Source: Armatimonadia bacterium
Lineage (GTDB): Bacteria > Armatimonadota > Zipacnadia > Zipacnadales > UBA11051
DNA: 29,333 bases
Assembly: GCA_039683575.1 (NCBI GenBank)
Contig: JBDKRC010000182.1
Coordinates: 1 to 29,333 of the forward strand
Reading direction: 5' to 3'
In this document: positions 16,100 to 24,695 of the stretch, in pieces
How positions within the stretch are numbered: the stretch's first letter is position 1
Layout of the letters: every line of letters starts with the position of its first letter
The notes under the pieces: model-generated
What the model saw: only the letters and a program-made list of their open reading frames with translations
Told to the model about the DNA's origin: nothing
Databases searched by the model: none
Program-made: the position numbers and the translations under genes

Positions 16100-16132
16100 T
16101 GCTGCCGCCCCTTCGGGGCTCAAGATGGTTGG
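16100..16132 (+). repeat. Family A repeat, truncated copy A2
   Basis: 33 bp identical to 14766-14798 (tgctgccgccccttcggggctcaagatggttgg); similarity then stops. Confidence 0.88.
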
Positions 16133-16174
16133 CAGCGAGAGGCGTCAGGAACCGCGTGGCTCGGGGGATAAACG

Positions 16175-16735
16175 ATGCCTCACCGAAGCGATGCCATCCT
16201 CATGATCGTCATTGGTGCCATACCCTTGGCCGCCGCGTTGGCGGTACTGGTGTGGTCACTTGTCAGGCCGAAGCGTTCTCGGCGCCGATGGATACCTTGG
16301 CTCGTGATCTGTCTTCTGGCAGCGCTGGGAGCTTGTCTGTTACTGGAGGGTGTTGGGCGTCTGCTTTACCTATCTGGAGATTCGCGGGCCGCAGCTGCGC
16401 GAATCTTCCGCACAGCCGCTTTCCTACCTGCAGGATTGTTCGTTTTCGGGTACCAGATGTCCACTAAGCGTCGGAATCAGATGTCCCTTCTCGTTGCTGG
16501 CATGGTTGTGGCGCTGATGCTGCTGCAGGTTGCCCTGACCGTGCTGGGGCAACTATCACCGGGCACTTCTCGCGTACTCTATGCCGCCGAGATAATCGGC
16601 ATGTGGTATGCCTGTGGCATGCCGAAGCCGCTCCCATTCATCTGGTCAGGGACCGAAGAGACGGCTCGCGACCACAGGCGACGAAGGCGGAGACAGCGGC
16701 CTGACGAGGACTCGGCCGATGGCGACAAGACCTGA
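16175..16735 (+). CDS. Hypothetical integral membrane protein (about 5 TM)
   Basis: Multiple hydrophobic segments separated by Arg/Lys-rich loops; GGGGG/GGA RBS-like stretch upstream. Confidence 0.65.
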   Translation: MPHRSDAILMIVIGAIPLAAALAVLVWSLVRPKRSRRRWIPWLVICLLAALGACLLLEGVGRLLYLSGDSRAAAARIFRTAAFLPAGLFVFGYQMSTKRRNQMSLLVAGMVVALMLLQVALTVLGQLSPGTSRVLYAAEIIGMWYACGMPKPLPFIWSGTEETARDHRRRRRRQRPDEDSADGDKT

Positions 16736-16771
16736 CGACACGCCAACGCGGGAATGGCTGTCGGCTCGTAT

Positions 16772-16866
16772 CTGCCGCCCCTTCGGGGCTCAAGATGGTT
16801 CGGTGCGGGTGGTCCCGGGGCTTGCGCCCCGGGCTAGAGGCTGGTCGGCCCGTTGGGCCTGAGGGG
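16772..16866 (+). repeat. Family A repeat, copy A3 (95 bp)
   Basis: 93/95 identical to A1. Confidence 0.92.
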
Positions 16867-16891
16867 AGGGGACCGCGGCGGCGGTTGAGGC

Positions 16892-17341
16892 GTGAAGCCA
16901 TCGGAGGGGGACACAGAAGTGGAAAGACGAAGAAACTGCGCGGGCTGTCTCATCCTCATCGCAGTCGGGATTCTGCTTGTTGCGGATCCGTTCCATATCG
17001 TGCTGGGTCTGCGGTGGGGTAATGAGCCGTTCGATCAAGCGCAGTGGAAGGCCGCGGCCCGTCGCGAGAAGCCTGTGCAGCCCAACCCGAGGGGCAAAAT
17101 GCTGGCCTCTCTGCTGCGTCAGCACAAGCTCAAGGGCATGGCAGAGGCGGAGACAAGTGGTCTCCTGGGTTGGCCGGATGAGGTTGATTTTCTTCGGAAG
17201 CGTACTGCAAGTCCCAAGGCCTTCGAGGAGTGGGACTACTATCTGGGAATGAACAGCAGTACTGGTGTTGATGAGGACATTCTTGTGATCGAGTTTGACC
17301 GTAGCGGATCGGTCATTCGGTACTTCACCTACAACACCTGA
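16892..17341 (+). CDS. Hypothetical membrane-anchored protein, SmpA/OmlA (BamE)-like domain
   Basis: N-terminal TM; FDQAQWK...RGKMLASLL...LKGMAEAETSGLLGWPD...WDYYLG...LVIEFDRSGSV pattern. Confidence 0.65.
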   Translation: MKPSEGDTEVERRRNCAGCLILIAVGILLVADPFHIVLGLRWGNEPFDQAQWKAAARREKPVQPNPRGKMLASLLRQHKLKGMAEAETSGLLGWPDEVDFLRKRTASPKAFEEWDYYLGMNSSTGVDEDILVIEFDRSGSVIRYFTYNT

Positions 17342-17349
17342 GCCGTCGG

Positions 17350-17385
17350 ATCGCGCTCTGGTGAGCGCTCCTACAGGCAGCCGGG
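17350..17385 (-). repeat. Family B repeat (GTAG-type REP), copy B2
   Basis: Identical to B1. Confidence 0.92.
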
Positions 17386-17443
17386 GCGGGCTCCACAGCG
17401 ATAATGGACACTAAGTTTGAATAGGATTAGCGAGGTAAAACGG

Positions 17444-18532
17444 ATGAGTACCATCAAAATCGGCGTACTAGGCGCGGGGCGGGGCGTTAGTTTGGCTAAG
17501 GCTACTAAGTATGCCCCCAGCGCGCAGCTTTGGGCTATTTGTGATGCCAATGAGGAACGGCTGGCCGGGGCGGCTCAGGCTACCGGGGTCGAGAAGACCT
17601 TTACCTCCTTTGAGGCGCTGCTGGATTCGGAGGTGGATGCCGTGGTCGTGGCCTCGCCCATGCCGCTGCATGTGGAGCATTGCGTGCAGGTGCTCAAGGC
17701 CGGGAAGCATGTGATGAGCGAAGTCACCGCCGCGACCACCATGGACCAGTGCTGGGAGCTGCTGGAGACCGTGCGCAATAGCGGTAAGAAGTACATGATG
17801 GCCGAGAATTATTGCTGGTACCGGCCGTGGTCCATCGTCATGGGGATGGTCAAGGCCGGGATCTTCGGCGAGATCTATTATGGCGAGTCCGAGCAGCTTC
17901 AGGAGTTCGCCGCCGCGCTGCCGCCGCTTAGCGTGCAGTACAACTGGCGCACCGCTGAACTGGCGATGCGGCTGGGGCACCACTACATCACCCACGACCT
18001 CGGGCCGCTGTACTGGGCGTGCGGCGAGCGGGTTGCGCAGGTGACCTGCCAGGGGTCCGGGCAGCGGCACACGGACTGGGCAGTGGCCGACAGCACCTGC
18101 ACAGTGCTGCTCGAGACCGTGACAGGCAAGCAGATTCGGATCAGGCTGGACTTCTTCTCCCACCGGCCCAACAACTACACGTACTATGGGCTGCAGGGGA
18201 TCAATGCGTGCTATGAGGGGCCGCGGGCGCCGGGGGAGGAGCACCGCATCTACGTCAACGGCCAGACCGAGCGCGGGACTTGGGAGAGTTTGTGGAACTA
18301 TAAGGAGTACCTGTCCGACGGCTGGAAGAACCTGCCCGAGGAGGCCATCAGCGACACCTACGACGGCGGCGCGCCCCTGATGATGGAGGAGTTCGCGCGG
18401 TGCATCATTGACGACACCAAGCCGCCGGTGGACGTGGTGGACGCGCTGAACCTCACGGCACCGGGGCTGATGAGCGAGGTGTCGCGCAGCAAGGGCGGGT
18501 GCCCGGTGGAAGTGCCGGAGTTTGTGTTGTAG
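17444..18532 (+). CDS. Gfo/Idh/MocA family oxidoreductase
   Basis: IKIGVLGAGRG Rossmann start, DAVVVASPMPLH, GKHVMSEV, YMMAENY, YITHDLGP. GAGG RBS before ATG 17444. Confidence 0.9.
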   Translation: MSTIKIGVLGAGRGVSLAKATKYAPSAQLWAICDANEERLAGAAQATGVEKTFTSFEALLDSEVDAVVVASPMPLHVEHCVQVLKAGKHVMSEVTAATTMDQCWELLETVRNSGKKYMMAENYCWYRPWSIVMGMVKAGIFGEIYYGESEQLQEFAAALPPLSVQYNWRTAELAMRLGHHYITHDLGPLYWACGERVAQVTCQGSGQRHTDWAVADSTCTVLLETVTGKQIRIRLDFFSHRPNNYTYYGLQGINACYEGPRAPGEEHRIYVNGQTERGTWESLWNYKEYLSDGWKNLPEEAISDTYDGGAPLMMEEFARCIIDDTKPPVDVVDALNLTAPGLMSEVSRSKGGCPVEVPEFVL

Positions 18533-18563
18533 AGGCGACGGCGGAGATTGGGAATCGGGAATC

Positions 18564-18594
18564 AGGGCGGCGGGAATGGTCCCGCCGCCCTTTT
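18564..18594 (+). terminator. Rho-independent terminator preceded by GGGAATC heptamers
   Basis: 12-bp stem AGGGCGGCGGGA / TCCCGCCGCCCT, ATGG loop, TTTT tail; (GGGAATC)x2 at 18550-18563. Confidence 0.8.
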
Positions 18595-18646
18595 CGTCTG
18601 TGGAAGGCAGAGCGCTGCGTGTGCTTCCACCCAGCGCGCTCAGCGT

Positions 18647-19936
18647 CTAGGGAGTGGCCGGAGTGTACTTGTATGCCCCAAGGTCTATCGGCTGCACCCG
18701 TTTGCTGCCCTCGAGGTCGTACAGCATGTAGTTATTGATCCAGACGCCCCGGCGGATACACGGGCTGTTGCCGAGCAGGTGGTAGTTGCCCCCGCTGTAG
18801 GACACAAAGCGTGGGTTCACGACGATTGAACTCGCCGCGAGCGGATACACACCGCCCGCCATGTCTACCGCACGCCACTGCTTGTCGAAACCGAGGTAGA
18901 ACATCCACCCGCGCCCCCCGACGAAGTAGCAGTTGTTGCTATCGGAGTACATGACCGGCTTCTTAACCCACACCGGGTTGAGGAAGAAGATGCAGTTGCG
19001 GACGCTGACGCTGGCAGGGCTCGACGACTCCAGTTGCATCCCGTAGTACCCGTTGTTGGCCAGCGTGAGGTTCCACAGCTTCAGCTTGTTACCCACCGCG
19101 ATGACGCCATAGCCGCCGTTGTGGTGGCTCAAGGAGTTGCTAAGCTGGATGCCGTCACGCCAGAGCTTGAACCCGGCCTCCCAGTTGTTGAAGGCCCGGC
19201 AACGGTCGATCACCGTGCCGACGGGCTTCACGTCAAAGCCGGTATCGCCATGGCCGTAGGAGACGCAGCGGGAGATGGTGACCTTGGAGCAGGCGCCCTC
19301 AATGCTGAAACCGTCGCTGTACTCGTTTGTGTTGTTCGAGTTGTTGGCGGCGACGCAATCAGTAATGGACAGGCCCGCGAGGCTTTCGGCATCCCAGCCG
19401 AGCATGTACCCTTTGTAGTTGTCATGCACGTAACACTTGCGCAGGGCCACGTTACTGCCATTTTCGATCCACAGGCTACGATAGCTATCCTTGATCTCAC
19501 AGTCCGTGATGGTCACATTCTGGGCATTGGCCAGGTGAAGCCCATCGCCATCGCCGGAGTTGGCAATCACAAGCCCGGTCAACTGCAGGCCGGTTATGGG
19601 TAAGGTGGTGTCGAAGGCACACTCTTCGGTGCCGTCGCCTTCAATGATAGCCGCGCGCGACGTCGTGGCCTCGATTCTGACGTTGGCCACATTCACAAGT
19701 GGTTCGAGCTGAACGCGTTCCTTGTAACTACCTGGGTTGAGCTTCAGCACATCGCCTGCGGCGAGGCGGGTGATCGCATAGTTGATGGTACCAAAGGGTT
19801 GGGCATCGGTGCCGAGGTTCGTATCGGCACCAACGGGGCTTACGTAGTATGTGGAAGCCATTGCCGCTGGCACCGCGCCAAGCAGCAACGCAGAAGCTAT
19901 CAGGACGCCGAAGCGCCCGACTCTGTACCGAGCCAT
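18647..19936 (-). CDS. Secreted right-handed beta-helix protein (DUF1565 / PL9-like N-terminus)
   Basis: Signal peptide; TYYVSPVGADTNLGTDAQPFGTI...AGDVLKLNPGSYKE; beta-helix coils; C-terminal NPRFV...YHLLGNSPCI...DLGAY. Confidence 0.82.
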   Translation of the reverse strand: MARYRVGRFGVLIASALLLGAVPAAMASTYYVSPVGADTNLGTDAQPFGTINYAITRLAAGDVLKLNPGSYKERVQLEPLVNVANVRIEATTSRAAIIEGDGTEECAFDTTLPITGLQLTGLVIANSGDGDGLHLANAQNVTITDCEIKDSYRSLWIENGSNVALRKCYVHDNYKGYMLGWDAESLAGLSITDCVAANNSNNTNEYSDGFSIEGACSKVTISRCVSYGHGDTGFDVKPVGTVIDRCRAFNNWEAGFKLWRDGIQLSNSLSHHNGGYGVIAVGNKLKLWNLTLANNGYYGMQLESSSPASVSVRNCIFFLNPVWVKKPVMYSDSNNCYFVGGRGWMFYLGFDKQWRAVDMAGGVYPLAASSIVVNPRFVSYSGGNYHLLGNSPCIRRGVWINNYMLYDLEGSKRVQPIDLGAYKYTPATP

Positions 19937-19997
19937 ACAACTCCACCTCACATAGCGTTTGGGCTATGCTCTGAGACGTTCGGGGGAGGTTAGGGGG

Positions 19998-20642
19998 TCA
20001 GTCTACCGGGGGTTCAGCGTCTGGTTTGCCAGAGGTGTGGCAGTCACAGCATTCGCAGCCGCCGCGGACCATCTCCAGGCCTTCGCGGACGAGAAATACG
20101 ACGATGATCAGCCCGGCCACCGGGTCGGCCCACCACAGTCCAAAGGCCGCATTGAGCCCCAGGCCGAACAGGAGCGCCACGGACAGCCACGCGCAGGCGA
20201 GGGTCTCCTTGGAGTCGCCGACGAGGCTCGGGCTCCCAAGCGCCTCGCCGGTGCGCCGCTTGGCCCTGGCAAGCCACGGCATAGCGATCAGCGAGAGCAA
20301 GGCGAGAGCCAGCCCCGGTATGCTCGCTTCGGGAGCTTCATGGCGGATCAGCTTCTCGCCCGACTCGTAAAGCACATACGCCCCAAGAGCCAGGAAAGTC
20401 CAGCCAACGAGGCGCACGGCCCGGTCCTCGATCCGTTCTTCCTGCTCTTCAGTCAGATCATGCCGCGTGAAGCGCCAGATCATGATGCTGCCGGAGAGCG
20501 ATTCGACGAAGGAATCGAGGCCGAAGCCTATCAATGCCGCGCTGCCAGCCAGCGTTCCAAGCAGCATCGAGACAGCGCCTTCGGCGATGTTGTAGGCGAC
20601 GGTGAAAATCGAGAGGTTCCGCGCGCGTCGCTGCAGGCTCAT
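19998..20642 (-). CDS. Cation diffusion facilitator (cation efflux) family membrane protein, short form
   Basis: YNIAEG...SAALIGFGLDSFVE...WRF...DSKETLAC...WWADPVAGL; about 6 TM; Cys/His tail GCECCDCH. Confidence 0.85.
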   Translation of the reverse strand: MSLQRRARNLSIFTVAYNIAEGAVSMLLGTLAGSAALIGFGLDSFVESLSGSIMIWRFTRHDLTEEQEERIEDRAVRLVGWTFLALGAYVLYESGEKLIRHEAPEASIPGLALALLSLIAMPWLARAKRRTGEALGSPSLVGDSKETLACAWLSVALLFGLGLNAAFGLWWADPVAGLIIVVFLVREGLEMVRGGCECCDCHTSGKPDAEPPVD

Positions 20643-20648
20643 GAGCGC

Positions 20649-21083
20649 CTACCCATGGCTGTGACCGTGTCCTTCCTCAAGGACCCCTGTCATAGTCAGC
20701 CCGCCATGCTTTACGCCCCGCGTGGCCATCAGCCGCCCCGCCACCCGCCGGACCGTGGCGGTTCTCCCACGAACTGCGATCATCTCCATACAGTTGTGCC
20801 GGTCCAGGTGTACATGGGTCGAGCAGATGATGCACTCCCCGCACTCGTGCTGCAGTTCCGTCAGTGTGTCGTCCAGCTCGCGCGTATGATGGTCGTATAC
20901 GAGCGTGATCGTCCCCACGACCTGTGCCTCGGGATGCTCCCACTCCTGCCGCAGCAGATAGTCCCGCACGATGTCCCGTATCGCTTCCGACCGCTGTGCA
21001 TAGCCCGCCTCGGCAATCGCCGCATCAAACTGCTGCAGCAGCCCCGCGGGCATGGACACCCCAAACCGCTCAATCTGATCCAT
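20649..21083 (-). CDS. nikR: Nickel-responsive transcriptional regulator NikR
   Basis: RHH N-terminus RFGVSM...RSEAIRDIVR; GTITLVYDHH; QHE; STHVHLDRHNCMEMI; GVKHGGL. Confidence 0.93.
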   Translation of the reverse strand: MDQIERFGVSMPAGLLQQFDAAIAEAGYAQRSEAIRDIVRDYLLRQEWEHPEAQVVGTITLVYDHHTRELDDTLTELQHECGECIICSTHVHLDRHNCMEMIAVRGRTATVRRVAGRLMATRGVKHGGLTMTGVLEEGHGHSHG

Positions 21084-21089
21084 TTGAGA

Positions 21090-22199
21090 TCACCCCTCCA
21101 GTAGCTCCCGGTAGACCTCCCACCGCCGCATGTTCACATGCTGCAGGTCATACTCCCGCAGCGCATGGCTCCGCCCCGCTCGGCCCATGCTCAGCCGCAG
21201 GTTCTCATCCGCTGCCAGCCGGTTGAGTTCCCCCGCCAGCGCGACGGCATCGCCTGGCTCAAACAGACACGTAGTCTCCCCCTCAAGGCCCACCTCGCAC
21301 ACCCCGGGCAAATTGCTGCACACCACTGGCCGCCCGCACAGCATCGCCTCCACCTGCGCCACGCCAAAGGACTCCCCCCGCGACACCGACGGCAGCACTA
21401 CTACGTCAGACGCATGGTACTGGCACACCAGTTCCGCGTCATCCACCCGCCCCAGGAAATGCACCCTCTCGCCGATCCCCAGCCGCTCTGCCAGGCCGCG
21501 TAGCCGCGATTCCATTCCACCCCGCCCAATGACATAGAGCTCCCCGTCCACCCACTGCATCGCCGTCAGCAGGTCGCCAAGGCCCTTGTAATGCGAGAGC
21601 CTACCCACAAACAGTACCCGCAGCCGCCCCGCCGCCCGCAAAGCCTCCACCCGCTCCTGCTGGCTCTCCTGCAGATCAAACTTGCACGGCTCAACTCCCG
21701 GCGGGATATACACGCACTTGCCCAGCCAGTGCTGCAGCACCGGCGAGGACTTCGCATAGCTCTCGGAATTGACGAAGATGCGGTCCGCGCGCCGCAGCAC
21801 ATCCTGCAAGACGGGCGTCACGACCTTCTGCAGCGCCCCAAAGCGCGAAATGTCGAAATGATAGTGGACAATCAGCCGCCCGCGATAGCCGGACTGCAAA
21901 AGCGCCCACATGCCGTACGGATAGGCGTGATGCATCTCCACGAGGTCTGGCCGCCGCCGCCGTATCCAGGCGGGCATGGTCGGGCAAATCGGTGTATTCG
22001 CCACCGTCCCCACGGACGCCGCCCGGATCACCTCGACCCCATTCACCTCCACCCGCTGGCTCCACGGGTACCGCGAACTGACCAGCGCCGACACCTCATG
22101 CCCGAGTCCTCTCGCATACTCGCAGAACTTGCGCATGGTCCACTCGATGCCACCCTCATCGGGGTAGTACCGGCGGTAGATATGGAGCAATCGGGCCAT
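21090..22199 (-). CDS. Glycosyltransferase family 4
   Basis: LHIYRRYYPDEGGIE; VLFVGRLSHYKGL; VLPSVSRGESFGVAQVEAMLCGRPVV. Start at ATG 22199; the longer ORF start overlaps the divergent gene. Confidence 0.9.
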   Translation of the reverse strand: MARLLHIYRRYYPDEGGIEWTMRKFCEYARGLGHEVSALVSSRYPWSQRVEVNGVEVIRAASVGTVANTPICPTMPAWIRRRRPDLVEMHHAYPYGMWALLQSGYRGRLIVHYHFDISRFGALQKVVTPVLQDVLRRADRIFVNSESYAKSSPVLQHWLGKCVYIPPGVEPCKFDLQESQQERVEALRAAGRLRVLFVGRLSHYKGLGDLLTAMQWVDGELYVIGRGGMESRLRGLAERLGIGERVHFLGRVDDAELVCQYHASDVVVLPSVSRGESFGVAQVEAMLCGRPVVCSNLPGVCEVGLEGETTCLFEPGDAVALAGELNRLAADENLRLSMGRAGRSHALREYDLQHVNMRRWEVYRELLEG

Positions 22200-22337
22200 G
22201 TCAGACAATTCCGCGAGCCCCGCCTGCACACCTCCGCCCGGCAACCGCAGCGCGCGCGCAAGGAGAACGGCCACCGGGCGCGGAACCGAAACTCCGGAAG
22301 TGTGTTTTTGCACTATATACATGATCAGGACCAAACC

Positions 22338-23204
22338 ATGACCATTCTTCTGACCGGCGCCGCCGGCGTCCTCGGCCAGACGATCACGGCCCTCCTCGAG
22401 TCTCTGGGCCATACCTTGCGTCTGACCGACCTCGCGCCGCTGCAGACCCCGCACGAGTTCGTCGCGGCCGACCTGAGCGATCCCGCGCAGACGACGGGGC
22501 TCTGTGAGAGCATTGATCAGGTACTGCACGTCGCTGCCATACATCCTTGGAAGCCGTACACGCCCCAGCAGTATCTGGACCTGAACATCAAGGGCACCCA
22601 CAACATCGTCGCCGAGGCCGCCCGCGCCGGCGTCCAGCGCCTCATCTACACCAGCAGCGTGGGCGCCATGGGCTATGACGTGGCACCCGACAGCCCCCTG
22701 CCATTCGACGAGAGCCGCCCCTGCCGTCCGTATGACAGTCTCTACAGTCTAAGCAAGCATGCTGGCGAGCAGCTATGCCGCCTCTACGCCCAAACCGCCG
22801 GGTTGCGCTGGCTTGCGCTGCGGCCGGGGACCTTCATCCCACGCCTTGAGTCGGACCCCGCCTACGGGCTGGCGCTGCTGGGGATAGCCGTCCACCGTGA
22901 CGACGTCGCCCAGGCCCATGTCCGCGCTCTACAGAGCGCCCTCTACAACGATTTCTTCATTATTGCGGCCGGGAATCGTTTCACCAAGGAGGACGCCGCC
23001 GATCTTGCGACCAACGCCCCCGCGGCTATCCTACGCCGCTATCCGGAGGCGGCCGAGCTGACGGAACGTGGCGTCCCTCTCCCCGAACGCCTTGCGCCGT
23101 GCTATGATATAGGCAAGGCTCGTAACCTGTTGGGTTACGAGCCGCAGATCACGTTCGATTCCTGGCTGCAGAACTGGCTCCGCCAATCGGAAAGAAGAGA
23201 GTAA
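22338..23204 (+). CDS. NAD-dependent epimerase/dehydratase (extended SDR)
   Basis: ILLTGAAGVLG, VLHVAA, NIKGT, IYTSS, YSLSK (YxxxK), LRPG. AGGA RBS before ATG 22338. Confidence 0.9.
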   Translation: MTILLTGAAGVLGQTITALLESLGHTLRLTDLAPLQTPHEFVAADLSDPAQTTGLCESIDQVLHVAAIHPWKPYTPQQYLDLNIKGTHNIVAEAARAGVQRLIYTSSVGAMGYDVAPDSPLPFDESRPCRPYDSLYSLSKHAGEQLCRLYAQTAGLRWLALRPGTFIPRLESDPAYGLALLGIAVHRDDVAQAHVRALQSALYNDFFIIAAGNRFTKEDAADLATNAPAAILRRYPEAAELTERGVPLPERLAPCYDIGKARNLLGYEPQITFDSWLQNWLRQSERRE

Positions 23205-23205
23205 T

Positions 23206-24513
23206 ATGCTCAAGTCCCGCCTGCTTGCCGTTGTTATCCTGCTGACACTCGCCTCTCTCGCGTGCGCCGCCCCCAAGAACATCATCGTCATGATTGCCGA
23301 CGGTTGCGGCTTCAGCCAGATCGAGGCCGCAAGCCTTTACCAGTTTGGCCGCCCCGACGGCTGGGCCTACCAGCAGTTCCCGGTCAAGTACGCCATGAGC
23401 ACCTTCCCCAACGGTGGCTCCTATGACCCCGCAGTCATCTGGTCTGACTTCCTCGCCTGCAAGCAGGGCGCAACCGACTCCGCCGCCGCTGCCACCGCTC
23501 TCGCTACTGGCGTGAAGACCTACAACGGCGCCATCGGCGTGGGTCCGGACAAGCAGCCGGTCAAGAACGTGCTCGAACGCGCTGAGGAAGTCGGCAAGGC
23601 GACTGGCGTGATCACCACCGTCCCCTTCAGCCACGCCACGCCCGCCGGGTTCCTGGCGCACAACGAGGGTCGGGGCAACTACTGCGAAATCGCCAACAGT
23701 ATGCTTTGCAGCCGCGCCGAAGTTGTCATGGGAGCTGGAAATCCCTTCTATGACAACAGCAGCAAGCTTCGCCCCGAGCCGAAGTACGAGTTCGTCGGGG
23801 AACCCGAATGGACTGCGCTCAAAGCCGGCACCCTCGCCAGCGATGCCGACGGAGACGGCCAACTCGACACCTGGAAGCTCCTGCAGGCTCGCGCCGACTT
23901 CCAGGCCCTCGCCACCGGTGAGGCCCCCCACCGCGTCTGCGGCATTCCCATGGTTGCCTCAACACTCCAGGAAGGCCGCGGCGGTGATGTCAAGGCCGAT
24001 GCCTACGCCGTGCCCTTCAACGAAAATGTGCCTACTCTTGCCGAGATGGTTATGGGCGCCTTCAACGTCCTCGACGCCGATCCGGACGGCTTCACGGTCA
24101 TGATCGAGGGCGGCGCCGTTGACTTTGCGGGCCATTCGAACCTCTCTGGGCGCTCCATCGAGGAAGAGAGCGACTTCAGCCGCACCGTCGAAGCTGTCAT
24201 CGCCTGGATCGAGAAGAACGGCGGCTGGGACCAGAACCTGCTCATCGTCACCGGCGACCACGAGACCGGCTATCTGACCGGCCCCGGCTCCGGACCCGGC
24301 CCCAACTGGGCGCCTTTGGTCAACAACGGTCAGGGCAAGATGCCCGGCATGCAATGGAACTACGGCAGCCACACCAACAACCTAATAGCGTTGTTCGCCC
24401 GCGGCGCCGGCTCCGAAGCCTTCGCCCAGAGCAAAATCAACCAGGACCCCAGGCGCGGCGCCTACGTGGACAACACCGACGTCGCCAGAGTAGTCTTCAA
24501 AGCCCTGAAATAG
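23206..24513 (+). CDS. Alkaline phosphatase (PhoA family), secreted
   Basis: Signal peptide; KNIIVMIADGCG, TDSAAAATALATGVKT (catalytic Ser), SHATPAGF, MIEGGAVDFAGHSN, VTGDHETG, HT. Confidence 0.92.
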   Translation: MLKSRLLAVVILLTLASLACAAPKNIIVMIADGCGFSQIEAASLYQFGRPDGWAYQQFPVKYAMSTFPNGGSYDPAVIWSDFLACKQGATDSAAAATALATGVKTYNGAIGVGPDKQPVKNVLERAEEVGKATGVITTVPFSHATPAGFLAHNEGRGNYCEIANSMLCSRAEVVMGAGNPFYDNSSKLRPEPKYEFVGEPEWTALKAGTLASDADGDGQLDTWKLLQARADFQALATGEAPHRVCGIPMVASTLQEGRGGDVKADAYAVPFNENVPTLAEMVMGAFNVLDADPDGFTVMIEGGAVDFAGHSNLSGRSIEEESDFSRTVEAVIAWIEKNGGWDQNLLIVTGDHETGYLTGPGSGPGPNWAPLVNNGQGKMPGMQWNYGSHTNNLIALFARGAGSEAFAQSKINQDPRRGAYVDNTDVARVVFKALK

Positions 24514-24540
24514 AGTAAGATCGCGTCTTGCCGTTCTGAT

Positions 24541-24564
24541 GTACGCCCGACATTCCTGTCGGGC
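24541..24564 (+). repeat. REP-like hairpin (GTAC variant)
   Basis: GTAC followed by the perfect stem GCCCGACA-TTCC-TGTCGGGC. Confidence 0.5.
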
Positions 24565-24580
24565 TCCGACGGTGTACCAC

Positions 24581-24665
24581 GAAAATGGGGACTGACACCA
24601 CTTTCGCAACCTGAACTCCATCATCCGCTAACTCTCATGCGAAAATGGTGTCTGTCTCCATTTTC
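24581..24665. repeat. 85-bp element with 28-bp inverted arms (MITE/REPIN-like)
   Basis: gaaaatggggactgacaccactttcgca (24581-24608) and tgcgaaaatggtgtctgtctccattttc (24638-24665) are 25/28 complementary. Confidence 0.7.
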
Positions 24666-24695
24666 CCCCGTCCGCACGCACAAGGAGCCTCGCCC

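Noticed and set aside
14768-16866. Family A repeats as integron attC sites (they contain GTTGGGC, matching GTTRRRY)
   Set aside because: No complementary RYYYAAC at the 5' end, three short local hairpins rather than one long imperfect stem, and no integrase in the window.
13971-17385. CRISPR array
   Set aside because: Repeats are separated by 400-800 bp genes rather than 30-40 bp spacers, and there are no cas genes.
19959-21104. 381-aa plus-strand ORF, and similar long antisense ORFs (e.g. 24723-26105, 26109-27305, 12531-13604, 4981-5883)
   Set aside because: They lie opposite well-supported genes and have no recognisable motifs; expected in high-GC DNA.
21591-22337. N-terminal extension of the 537-aa ORF (apparent fusion to the epimerase)
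   Set aside because: Antisense shadow of the GT4 gene; the real SDR starts at ATG 22338 with an RBS.
22200-22337. NikR operator in the divergent GT4/epimerase region
   Set aside because: An AT-rich patch exists but no convincing GTATGA-N16-TCATAC-like dyad.
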